DNA of 64,000 bases from Thermoanaerobaculia bacterium. GTDB lineage: Bacteria > Acidobacteriota > Thermoanaerobaculia > Multivoradales > UBA5704. The stretch's first letter is position 1. The number at the start of each line of letters is the position of its first letter. The DNA lies in contig DASZZP010000085.1 of assembly GCA_035544875.1 (NCBI GenBank), positions 316-64,315 of the forward strand, in the 5' to 3' direction. A program made the position numbers and the translations under genes. Shown here in pieces: positions 49,609-57,968 of this stretch. A model generated the notes under the pieces. That model made no database searches. It was not told the origin of the DNA and saw only the letters and a list, made by a program, of their open reading frames with translations.

Positions 49609-50076
49609 TTACCGCTGACCCCGCTCGGATCGCCAATCATGCCGGTCCCTGGCTCGGGCGATGTCGGCGTTTTCGACGCTGTGACCGCGCACCTTGGCCG
49701 GATTCCGAAAGAAGAACTGCGTCACCGTCACCCCCGCGTGCTCGGCGATGGCGCGCCGCAAGGGACCAGGGAGGTACTCGGCCGTTTGCGCTCGGTCAGA
49801 GCGCTGCGCCGGATACCAGATCCAGATGACCAGCTCTCGTTGCCGCGCCGGCGCCGGCGCGAACGGATCCACACGGGCCGTATCCACCCATGCGGTGCTG
49901 ACGCGGCCAACGGCGAACGGGCCCGTGGGGCGTGGCAGCTCCAGCGACGAGTTGTGTTCCAACCAGAGGGACGCGAAGAGGACCCCCACGGCGAGCGCGC
50001 CCACGGCTGCGACGCCCGCCAGGGCCAGGAGCATCTTTTTCAAGGGTCGACGCATATACGCGGCTTCCAGATTCAT
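49609..50076 (-). pseudogene. N-terminal fragment of a lipase/PAF-acetylhydrolase-like alpha/beta hydrolase
   Basis: A TM/signal segment, then ..PRPTGPFAVGRVSTAWVDTARVDPF..RELVIWIWYPA.. is the typical N-terminus of this family. The ORF ends before any GxSxG catalytic core. Confidence 0.45.
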
Positions 50077-50088
50077 CGAGATTCACGA

Positions 50089-50905
50089 TCATGACGCAAA
50101 GTACTTGGCTTCGCAAAGTAGCGCATAGGTGGCGGCCAAGGATCGTGCCGGAAGCGGCCGAAGAGCTGGCCGAGCGGCACCATGTGGGCACGGCCGGCGC
50201 CGCTGCGCAGCTCGCGCGTGAGGCGCTGGATCCCGGTCCCGCGTGGCCACGTCCCAGGCAAAACCGCTGCCGGGTGCGAGATCGGCAGGCAGAGCGGTGC
50301 CGTTGTCGTACTGCGAGGGAGTGTCGAACGATGGCCCGACGTCGCGGGTATAGATGCGCTGCACATGGTAGCCGAGCGCCTGCATGCCGTCGCGAACGAA
50401 CTCGGAAGTGCGGATGAAGGTACGTACGCTTGTCCCTGAACGTCTCGACGTCTTCAGCCTGGAAGTACGAGGCGATGGTCATGTTGCCGTAGAAGGAAAG
50501 ATCGTTGACCGGCGAGCTCTCGTAATCGATGATCTTGTGCACGACGGTGTTTGCCTGCTCGAGACTGGTCACGGGTACGCGGCCGATCGCGAAGTCGGGC
50601 AGGCCGGAACCGCCGCCAGCATGCGGGTACACGGAGTAGGGGTAGTCGGTCGCGATGCCATTGACATAAAAAGGTGCGATGACGCCGGCGTCGCCGAGCA
50701 GGAGGACGTAGCTGGGAGCGACGAGGCAGTGGTCATACTCGTCATCGATCATCTGGCGGATCTGCTCTCTTGTCCGGAAGCCGCCGCTGCCGTCATCGAT
50801 GGTGAGCACCTTAGTGGTGATGCCCTTTTGTCTCTTCCAGGCGGCGAGGGCGTCGCTGGCCAGTTGGAAACTCTGCGGCGCCAGGATGAGGAACTCTTCT
50901 GCCAG
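50089..50905 (-). pseudogene. Truncated, frameshifted peptidase C25 (gingipain-like) fragment
   Basis: ..EEFLILAPQSFQLASDALAAWKRQKGITTKVLTI..YVLLLGDAGVIAPF..TDYPYS..LPDFAIGRVPVTSLEQANTVVHKIIDYE.. then a frameshift near 50400-50420 into ..MQALGYHVQRIYTRD... No N-terminal or C-terminal family regions are present. Confidence 0.55.
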
Positions 50906-50960
50906 GCAGATGCGCTCAATGGGCGATCGAAATATGTATTGGAAGACGGCGCCCGTCAAA

Positions 50961-51827
50961 CTATTGAGGATCAGGCGCGTCGAAACGAACAACCGAATCC
51001 TCGCCGGCTGCGGGAGCGGCGGGATCGGAAACAGGGCTGCGGAGGCCCTGCGGCCCGTTCGGGCCTGAAGTTGGGCGCCGGTCCTCCTTCGTCGACTTGG
51101 TCGGTGGCGAATGGTGCCGCCAAGGGTCGCGGGGCGGAGAGGCCGTGGCTCGAGGCCCATTCTTTGCTCCTTTAGCATTGCGCGGGGAGGCCTCCCGAAG
51201 CCGTGCGAGTCGAACCACTCGCCGCCAATTGGCTTCGCCTCTAACCAGAAACGCAACCGTCAATACCAACGTTGCGGCGAGCAGCGTGAGCCTTACCCAG
51301 CTTACAGTCCGGCCAGAGGATGTGATCGCTGCAAAGGAGCCGAATAAGCCAGCACCTGCCAGACCGAGAAGCGGATTTGCCTTTCGCCAGCCGCCAATCG
51401 CCCTGAGAACATCGGGGTTGACGTCGCCCTCTGCCTTTGCACTGCGGTACATGTTTTCATAGCCTACCACGCCTGCGATATATAGACAGCTAATGGCAAT
51501 AAACCAGTGAGAATCTGTGCCCTTGACGCTGGCCCTAAACAAGCCGAACTGCACAATACCAAGCGTGAACGGGATAACAGTGTCGACTAGGCTCGGGACC
51601 CAAGCGAACTGAGCAACGCCCATCCGGTACTCGTTCCACACGAGTACCGCCACAACTACGGAGGTCGCGATTCGCAGCCAATTGTCGACGTCGAGCAAGT
51701 CGAGTTCAAGATGCCGGTCTACGAGAGTTGCAAGGAGACCAAGCGACACCGCCTGCAAGATACTGATCAGCGTCAAGTAGGTGACGGCGAACTCGTCTCT
51801 CAGGTACTGGGCGTCCATGCGTTTCAT
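50961..51827 (-). CDS. Six-TM membrane protein of unknown function with a disordered basic/Pro-rich tail
   Basis: ATG 51827 follows a strong AGGAGG SD (6-7 nt spacing). There are six hydrophobic helices (e.g. YLTLISILQAVSLGLLATLV, LRIATSVVVAVLVW, VIPFTLGIVQFGLF). It sits in an AT-richer block and is the last gene of the patatin operon. Confidence 0.6.
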   Translation of the reverse strand: MKRMDAQYLRDEFAVTYLTLISILQAVSLGLLATLVDRHLELDLLDVDNWLRIATSVVVAVLVWNEYRMGVAQFAWVPSLVDTVIPFTLGIVQFGLFRASVKGTDSHWFIAISCLYIAGVVGYENMYRSAKAEGDVNPDVLRAIGGWRKANPLLGLAGAGLFGSFAAITSSGRTVSWVRLTLLAATLVLTVAFLVRGEANWRRVVRLARLREASPRNAKGAKNGPRATASPPRDPWRHHSPPTKSTKEDRRPTSGPNGPQGLRSPVSDPAAPAAGEDSVVRFDAPDPQ

Positions 51828-51849
51828 AGGCAACCTCCTAGAGGCATCC

Positions 51850-52380
51850 TCATCGGGCGAGACCTCCCGCACCTCGAGCGTTTCGGCCTGCTCGGATGGA
51901 TCCTCGGCCACGTGGCGAGTTGCTCTGCAACGCTGGAGCAGGTCGCACGTCCTGGGCGCTGATCGAGGTCGAAACCTGCCGGCCTTCAGTCAGATGCTCA
52001 TTGTGGTGCGCTGCCAGTGCCTTTCCCATCAGACGCCAATCGTTGACACCACAGAGCACGAACAGGACCGCGCCGAGGATCGGAGTTAGCCCAAGCAGCA
52101 ACAGCACTCCCTTCAGGATTCTGTCGGAGGCGGGGACAGACGCCAGGACGATCCCGAGCAGAATCACGCCAAAGACAACAGACACGGCTATAGCTCCCGC
52201 CATCGTGAGCAGCCAGTCGAAACGCATTGCACGCCGATGATCGAGCGTCAAATGTCGATTCCCTTTCTGGCCCGTAACAACACTCTCCCTCAAATCATTT
52301 ACGAAACGAGCAGCTTGGATCACACTATTCCAGTTTGCCCATACTCCTGCCAAGATGGCTATGTAGGGAGCGTCTTTCAT
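51850..52380 (-). CDS. Two-TM small membrane protein of unknown function
   Basis: ATG 52380 follows GGGAGGAAG (6 nt). The two helices are FDWLLTMAGAIAVSVVFGVILLGIV and GVLLLLGLTPILGAVLFVLCGV. The 3' end overlaps the next gene's upstream region, and the real stop could be affected by a frame error. Confidence 0.5.
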   Translation of the reverse strand: MKDAPYIAILAGVWANWNSVIQAARFVNDLRESVVTGQKGNRHLTLDHRRAMRFDWLLTMAGAIAVSVVFGVILLGIVLASVPASDRILKGVLLLLGLTPILGAVLFVLCGVNDWRLMGKALAAHHNEHLTEGRQVSTSISAQDVRPAPALQSNSPRGRGSIRAGRNARGAGGLAR

Positions 52381-52485
52381 GTCTTCCTCCCGTCCGCGGT
52401 CGACATCGTCGTCCGAGACCGCGAGGGCGTGATCCCGGCCGCATCTTCTCGCGCCAACCTCGACCGGCTGCGGCAAGGGAGTTGA

Positions 52486-54747
52486 CTATGCTCCACGTGG
52501 CGTCCCGCTTGCTGTCGGGTTTCGGCCAGCGGGCAGCGAGCCGCGCGAAGGGCTGGTCACGGGTGCGGTGCTCGCTGGCGCGGCGGGCGGCGCGACGGAA
52601 ACCGGTCCGAGAAGTTTGACGACGTCTCCGATCACGCTCGGATTGTTGGAGCTCGAGCATCCGATGACGTGATTTGGCTCGCGCAGCTGCCTCTCCATCG
52701 CCTCTTGAGCGCTTGCGGAGAGCTGCCAGCCGAGCGGCAGCGGAAGCAGGCCAGTCTCCTTTCCGTCCCGCGCATCGATGCGCTTGCAAAGGCCGATCAC
52801 GAAGAAGTGCTCTTGCGCCGCGGCAACGCGCAGATGGGCGACCGCCAGGCTGCCGCGGGCGTCGCGGGTGTTGAGCAGCGCGCGCGGTGGCGACAGCAAT
52901 TCGTTGAGCATCGGATACGGCTTGGCCGTGGGCTCGAGCTCCGGATCGGAGGAGGAGCGCGGACGAACGGGGTCGGTTTGCGGTGAGTTTCGCAGGTAGA
53001 GCACGTAGACTTTGCGGGCGGCCGCGTCGTGGCCGATGGTTCGCTCGATGACTCGCCGGAGGTCGAGCGCGGTGGCGGCGCCCGAGCTCTCGAAATAGCC
53101 GCCATCGACGACGTGTCCCCTCACCCGCCGCTCGGCGGGGTCTGCCGCTTTCTGGGGCGCCGGCAGGGTCCCCTGCACGGGCGACATGGCGACCTCGGAG
53201 GCGCGCAGCGTTCCCGCGGGACTGATGTAGGTGAAGCGGGCACTGTTATGGAGGGCCGCCTTGAGCAGCAGGTCAGCGCCCAGGATCTGATGCATGTCAT
53301 AGGCGTCCACGAGATCTCCCGCCTGCCACTTCAAGTTGGTGGTCACGATGCGCCGGCCGGTCTCGACATGCGTGCCGTTGAGGAAGAGCGCCGGCACCCT
53401 CGCGTCGGCTCGGCTCCAGAGGCTCAGAAACGGCTGGGTGAAGCGGTCGTTGCCGATGGACTGCTCCCAGGCTGCCGCCCACGCGTCCTCGATGGCACGC
53501 CCGCGGTCGAAGAGCGGGACCGGAAAGGGGAGGAAGCGCTGGGCGAGGTCCGGGGCGATCAGCCTTGCCAGTGGCGGAGAGAGGAAATCGTTACCCAGGA
53601 TCTGGTGTGCGCACTGGTGCAGCCTGCCGCACGGCAGCGGCCCGTGGCGCTCCGCGCTCTCCGCCAAGAGGGCGTCGAACAGACCGGCGCCGAGGCTCCC
53701 TCCTGAGATGCCGCTGATTGCAAACACGTGCCGCGCGAAGGTCGCGTCGCGGTCCTGCAGCTCACCGAGCACGATCGCCGTCCAGTAGGCGGCCCGGATG
53801 CCGCCGCCCTCCGCGGCGACCAGTAAGATCGGTCCGTCTCCAATGCCGCGGTACCAGTCAGCGAAGTACGCCCCAAGCGGGATCCTTGGTGGCTCGCCAT
53901 AGCCGCCGCCGACGAGCCGGGTGGCGTGATTGTCGTTCCAGGCGCTGAAGACGACCGCGGCCAGCAAGGCGAGCAGCAGGACCGGGATCTCGAGGCGCCG
54001 GCTCAGGAAGACGATCCCCGTGCCGAACAGCACCCAGGTCGCCGCGGTGATCAGCAGGATCGGAACCGTCCCGAGGAACTGACCGACCTGGATTGGCCAG
54101 AAGGCAAAGAGCAGCCCCAAGAGCCCGGAGACCGACAGCGACGCTGCCACCGCCCAGCGCGTGCTGGGGGGCAGATCCTGCCAGAGCGGGACGCGGTAGG
54201 AGGGCCCAGGGACTTGTCCTTGGATGCCCCTTCGGAGAAGGCGCCTAAGCAGGGGGCGGCGCACGATGGTGAAGACGAGGAAGGCAAGGGCAAGCGCGAA
54301 ACAGGCAACCGACAGAGCCCGCAGGCGCGGAATCGGCAGCGGGTCGGTGGACTCGAAGTAACCGTGGGCGGCGCGCCAGAGCGCGATTCCGAGCAGCGCG
54401 ATCGCCAACGTGCCGAGCAGCCGTGGTGCCCACTCCCGCAACCAAAGCTGCCTCGGTGAGCCTCCGGGTGCGCCGAGATAAAGAATGACCCGGGCCCAGT
54501 ACCAGCTACTCAGGGCCCATAAGAGGACCGCCAGCAGAAAGAGCACCCAGTGCTGGAGCCCCACCAGGGACCACCAAGGCGAGGTGCCCCACTCCGCAAG
54601 CCGCCGGACCACGTCCTGGCCTTGGGCCAGAAGCAGGAACGAGGCGCCCCCGACCGCCACGATGGCGATGCTCCAGCGACAGGGCTCCAGCACCTGGACG
54701 AGGTCGCGGATGGCGTCTCGAATCGCGCGCAAGATCGTTCCGAGCAT
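52486..54747 (-). CDS. Patatin-like phospholipase with an N-terminal polytopic membrane domain
   Basis: ATG 54747 follows the GGAGGGGG SD. About 300 aa carry about 7 hydrophobic helices. Then comes the oxyanion motif AAEGGGIRAAY, the nucleophile GISGGSLG (GxSxG) and the Asp motif VVDGGYFESSG. Confidence 0.8.
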   Translation of the reverse strand: MLGTILRAIRDAIRDLVQVLEPCRWSIAIVAVGGASFLLLAQGQDVVRRLAEWGTSPWWSLVGLQHWVLFLLAVLLWALSSWYWARVILYLGAPGGSPRQLWLREWAPRLLGTLAIALLGIALWRAAHGYFESTDPLPIPRLRALSVACFALALAFLVFTIVRRPLLRRLLRRGIQGQVPGPSYRVPLWQDLPPSTRWAVAASLSVSGLLGLLFAFWPIQVGQFLGTVPILLITAATWVLFGTGIVFLSRRLEIPVLLLALLAAVVFSAWNDNHATRLVGGGYGEPPRIPLGAYFADWYRGIGDGPILLVAAEGGGIRAAYWTAIVLGELQDRDATFARHVFAISGISGGSLGAGLFDALLAESAERHGPLPCGRLHQCAHQILGNDFLSPPLARLIAPDLAQRFLPFPVPLFDRGRAIEDAWAAAWEQSIGNDRFTQPFLSLWSRADARVPALFLNGTHVETGRRIVTTNLKWQAGDLVDAYDMHQILGADLLLKAALHNSARFTYISPAGTLRASEVAMSPVQGTLPAPQKAADPAERRVRGHVVDGGYFESSGAATALDLRRVIERTIGHDAAARKVYVLYLRNSPQTDPVRPRSSSDPELEPTAKPYPMLNELLSPPRALLNTRDARGSLAVAHLRVAAAQEHFFVIGLCKRIDARDGKETGLLPLPLGWQLSASAQEAMERQLREPNHVIGCSSSNNPSVIGDVVKLLGPVSVAPPAAPASTAPVTSPSRGSLPAGRNPTASGTPRGA

Positions 54748-54970
54748 TCTTCCCCCTCCAGAGCCAGCAGCCATCAGAGAAGACGGACAGACCGAGAGAT
54801 TTCCTAGCACGGCGGCGCGTCAAGGGCCGCCTCCAGAAGCTCGCCCTGGGCGGTCGGCTATCGCCGCTTGCGACGCCACTACATGGTCAACTTTTTTCTT
54901 GATGGATCGTGGTGAGGAGCTCGCAGCAGGAGCTGCGTCAGCTTGCGTCGGCGCGGTCCAGGAGGGTGCC

Positions 54971-55507
54971 ATGAGGCATACACGCCGCCAGGCCTCGCCG
55001 CCACGCGGAGGAATGCTTAACAGGGTGGCGCGTGACCTTGGTGTAACAATTCCCTTGGTAATGACGATAGATGGCTTCCTTGAGGTTCGCAGCCTTCTGG
55101 AAGAACCCGAGACAACAATGAATCTAGGGGACTGGTTGAGAACGAGTTATTTTGACGTCTCTCCTGTAAGTGACTCTGGGATGCGCAGATTCTTTGCTCC
55201 TCTTGTCGGGAGAGTGGAGGAAGAATTCCTTAGAGAGCAGAAGAGATTTCAGGGACTCCTGGGCGAACAGCTTTCAGCTAACTATATGGACGAGGTTCCC
55301 TATGTTGAGCGACCAGAGTTCTTTCGCTCGCTGAATGCGAAAGTAAACTATCGGCTGCAGCTGGATAGCCTAAATGCGGAACAGCTAAAGACAGATCTGC
55401 TCAGGGCTGAGTCAGAAAAGAGGAGGGCGGAGCGAACCACGAAATACTGGAAGGCTCAGGCTCGTGCGAAGAGGCCGCGGCCGAAGGGGGGGAAGGGGCG
55501 CAAATAG
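54971..55507 (+). CDS. Hypothetical protein with a Lys/Arg-rich coiled C-terminus
   Basis: ATG 54971 follows CAGGAGGG (5 nt). AT-richer codon composition. ..LNAEQLKTDLLRAESEKRRAERTTKYWKAQARAKRPRPKGGKGRK. It is divergent from the patatin gene. I recognise no family. Confidence 0.45.
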   Translation: MRHTRRQASPPRGGMLNRVARDLGVTIPLVMTIDGFLEVRSLLEEPETTMNLGDWLRTSYFDVSPVSDSGMRRFFAPLVGRVEEEFLREQKRFQGLLGEQLSANYMDEVPYVERPEFFRSLNAKVNYRLQLDSLNAEQLKTDLLRAESEKRRAERTTKYWKAQARAKRPRPKGGKGRK

Positions 55508-55759
55508 AGCCTCCGGCGCGAAAGGAAGACCGGAGAGGGTGACAGATTTGTTGTCGTTGCGTTGTGTCGGTAAGGTAGTCGAGATGGCCAGTGTGTGCGT
55601 CAGCAGGGGCGGGAGACGGCTCGGTGTTGTCTCGGCGCAGGCCGGCGGCGCGTCGGCGAGTGTCGCGAAATCTTACGTGGAGCTTACGCAGACCAAGGAC
55701 AGGCTAGAGGTGCTGACTTTCACTTGTGACTCAAACCACTGATTTGACTGAGATTATCG

Positions 55760-55806
55760 TGGAGCCGACGGTCAGGATTGAACTGACGACCTGCTGATTA
55801 CGAATC
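55760..55806 (-). other. 3' fragment of tRNA-Thr(CGU): att-site remnant
   Basis: The reverse strand reads GA-TTCGTAA-TCAGC-AGGTC-GTCAG-TTCAATC-CTGAC-CGTCGGC-T-CCA. These are the anticodon loop (CGT), 3' anticodon stem, variable loop, complete T-arm, 3' acceptor strand, discriminator base and CCA. No matching 5' acceptor strand (GCCGACG) or D-arm lies upstream. Confidence 0.75.
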
Positions 55807-55933
55807 TAATCAGGCTGTTTTCAGCACATTTCATCTCGTCTCAGCCTGGTTCGCCGCTGCCAGTAAATAATTGATAAGGCTATGTTTATGGGGTCAGCGC
55901 GTCTCACCGTGTTTCATTTGACTTCTGTCGCCG

Positions 55934-56105
55934 TGTGACCTAAAATTGTGACCTAGAGGTCGAAAAACCGTCAAAAAACCGTGAGTGGATGACTGCTTTT
56001 TGGACGAGCTGACTGACCAAGGGCCCAAAACTCGATCGGCAGACCCTCTGATTATCGCACAGATGACCTAGAACAGATGACCTAACTCTCGAACAGATGA
56101 TCCTA
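55934..56105 (+). repeat. Clusters of short direct repeats between the att remnant and the integrase (candidate arm-type recombinase binding sites)
   Basis: TGTGACCTA x2 (55934-42, 55947-55). AAAAACCGT x2 (~55962-81). ACAGATGA(T)CCTA x3 (56059-70, 56073-84, 56093-105). The block is AT-rich and non-coding. Confidence 0.55.
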
Positions 56106-56453
56106 CCCTCGTCCGACGTGACTCGCGCCCTCCATACTGCGACGCCCTCGCGGCCCCGAACTGGCTGGACGCTGCTACTCGCCGGGGCCGGGTCCGCGGC
56201 AAGCTTCCAGCATCCTCCCTCGACCCTAACCTCTGAGAGCTTCTCGCGGTGCTGGCCAGCGAGGCGCCGCCGCCGTCGGCCGCCCCGGTCCCTCCAGCAC
56301 CTCAGGGCCTCTTTCTCGTCCGGGCGGCAGCGGCCAATTGCCGCCCATGCCGCGCCCGCGCGCGTTCTGCGCGCAGAAGCTCCGAGCCGCTTCAGCGCCG
56401 CGCTCGGCTGCCTCCGCCGAACTTCGTGACTCTTACATAGAGGCGAACGCCCC

Positions 56454-57740
56454 ATGCCCCGACTCCACCTCACCAGCCGAGTCCTCCAGGCCCTTTCGAC
56501 CACCCTGGTCCAGGAGAGCTACTCCGACGCCGAGCTCCCCGGATTCCGCGTCCGCGTCAGCCGCACCGGCCACAAATCCTTCGAACTTGTCTACCGCGCG
56601 CCCACCGGCAGCGACGGCCGCCACCCGCAGCGGCGCCTGACCCTCGGCAGCTACCCCGCGCTGAGTCTCGCCGAGGCGCGCGCCCGCGCCCGCGCCGCCA
56701 AGGTCGAGATCGCCCGCGGCCGCGATCCGCAGGGCCCGCTGCCCGAGCCTGCCGCCGCCTTCCATCACCGCCCGTCCCTGCCCGCCGGCCCCCACCCGGA
56801 TCGCCAGGCGCAGCGCGATGCGATCTTCGGCCCGGCGCCGATCCGCGAAGGCTCCTTCGCCGACCTCGCTCTGCACTATCTCGAGCGGCACGCCTGGCGG
56901 TTCAAAAAGCGCACTCGCGACGACGAGGGCATGCTGCGCCGCGACCTGGTTCCCGCCTGGCGCGACTTGCCCGCCGCCGCGATCCGCCGGCGCGACGTGA
57001 GCGAGCTGCTCGACCGCATTGTCGCCCGCGGCGCGGTGATCGCCGCCCGGCGCACCCGCGTCCTGGTCTCCAAGATCTATAACTTTGGCCTCGGCTGCGA
57101 CCTCGTCGAGCACAACCCCACCCTCGGTGTTCCGGCACCCGGCCGTGAGCACCGGCGTGAGCGCTGGCTCACCGATGCCGAGATCTGCGCCCTCTGGCGC
57201 GAGCTCGACCGCCGCGGCTTCGTCCTCGCCTCGGCGTTTCGCGTCATCCTGTTGACCCTGCAGCGTCCCGGCGAGGTCTGTTCGATGCGCTGGCGCGACC
57301 TCGCCGGCCCCTGGTGGACCCTGCCTGGCGAGCGTACCAAGAACGGCAAGTCGCATCGCGTCTATCTCTCGCCCCCGGTGCTCGCCATTCTCGAGCGCCT
57401 GCAGCCGCGCACCGGCCGCTCCGAGTGGGTCTTCGAAAGCCCGAAGCGTCCAGGCCAGCCGATCGAGTTTCTCGGCAAGGTCGGGGGCTCCATCTGCCAT
57501 GCCCTCGGCTTCTCGTTCACCCCGCACGACCTGCGGCGGACCGGTGCCACCCATCTTGGGCGCATGCACTTCCGCGACGAGGACATCGACCGCATTCTCA
57601 ATCACAACCGCCGCGGCGTCAGGGCCGTTTACAACCTCTACGACGGCGATGTCGAGAAGCAGGCCGCTCTCCTCGCCTGGGGCGAGCATGTGGAGGCGAT
57701 CGCCTCCGGCCAGCCGGGCGATCGTCCCCAGGCGGTATAG
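56454..57740 (+). CDS. Tyrosine recombinase, P4-type phage/island integrase (DUF4102 N-terminal domain)
   Basis: ..DAELPGFRVRVSRTGHKSFELVYR..RLTLGSYPALSLAEARARA.. is the DUF4102-type arm-binding domain. The catalytic ..LLTLQRPGEV..(R)..HDLRRTGATHL..ILNH..VRAVYNLY contains the R..HxxR..Y residues. Confidence 0.9.
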   Translation: MPRLHLTSRVLQALSTTLVQESYSDAELPGFRVRVSRTGHKSFELVYRAPTGSDGRHPQRRLTLGSYPALSLAEARARARAAKVEIARGRDPQGPLPEPAAAFHHRPSLPAGPHPDRQAQRDAIFGPAPIREGSFADLALHYLERHAWRFKKRTRDDEGMLRRDLVPAWRDLPAAAIRRRDVSELLDRIVARGAVIAARRTRVLVSKIYNFGLGCDLVEHNPTLGVPAPGREHRRERWLTDAEICALWRELDRRGFVLASAFRVILLTLQRPGEVCSMRWRDLAGPWWTLPGERTKNGKSHRVYLSPPVLAILERLQPRTGRSEWVFESPKRPGQPIEFLGKVGGSICHALGFSFTPHDLRRTGATHLGRMHFRDEDIDRILNHNRRGVRAVYNLYDGDVEKQAALLAWGEHVEAIASGQPGDRPQAV

Positions 57741-57968
57741 GTCAGTTCTACCGGAAAGAGCGGCCGAGCGGCTCGTCAGCCGCCTCAACGACCTCGGCTT
57801 CGCGGTTGAGCCTTCGCCATGCCGCCTGAGACCACCTCTCACCCGACTTCATTCACTTCAAGAACGAACTCCTCATCCCGCCGCAGCCGGCATCGTGCAC
57901 TCGAACGATCCATTACAGCGTGAAGCGCCGGCGACGGGGTGTGCCGGAGGGACCTCAGCCGGGGCGCG

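Noticed and set aside
55464-55742. A 92-aa ORF between the hypothetical gene and the tRNA fragment.
   Set aside because: It overlaps the 3' end of the 54971-55507 gene in another frame. It has no SD and no motif, so it is probably non-coding island-junction DNA.
55760-55840. A possible complete tRNA gene on the minus strand.
   Set aside because: Only the anticodon loop through CCA is tRNA-like. The 5' acceptor strand complementary to CGTCGGC and a D-arm are absent upstream, and the 5' anticodon-stem strand does not pair. I therefore call it an att fragment, not a gene.
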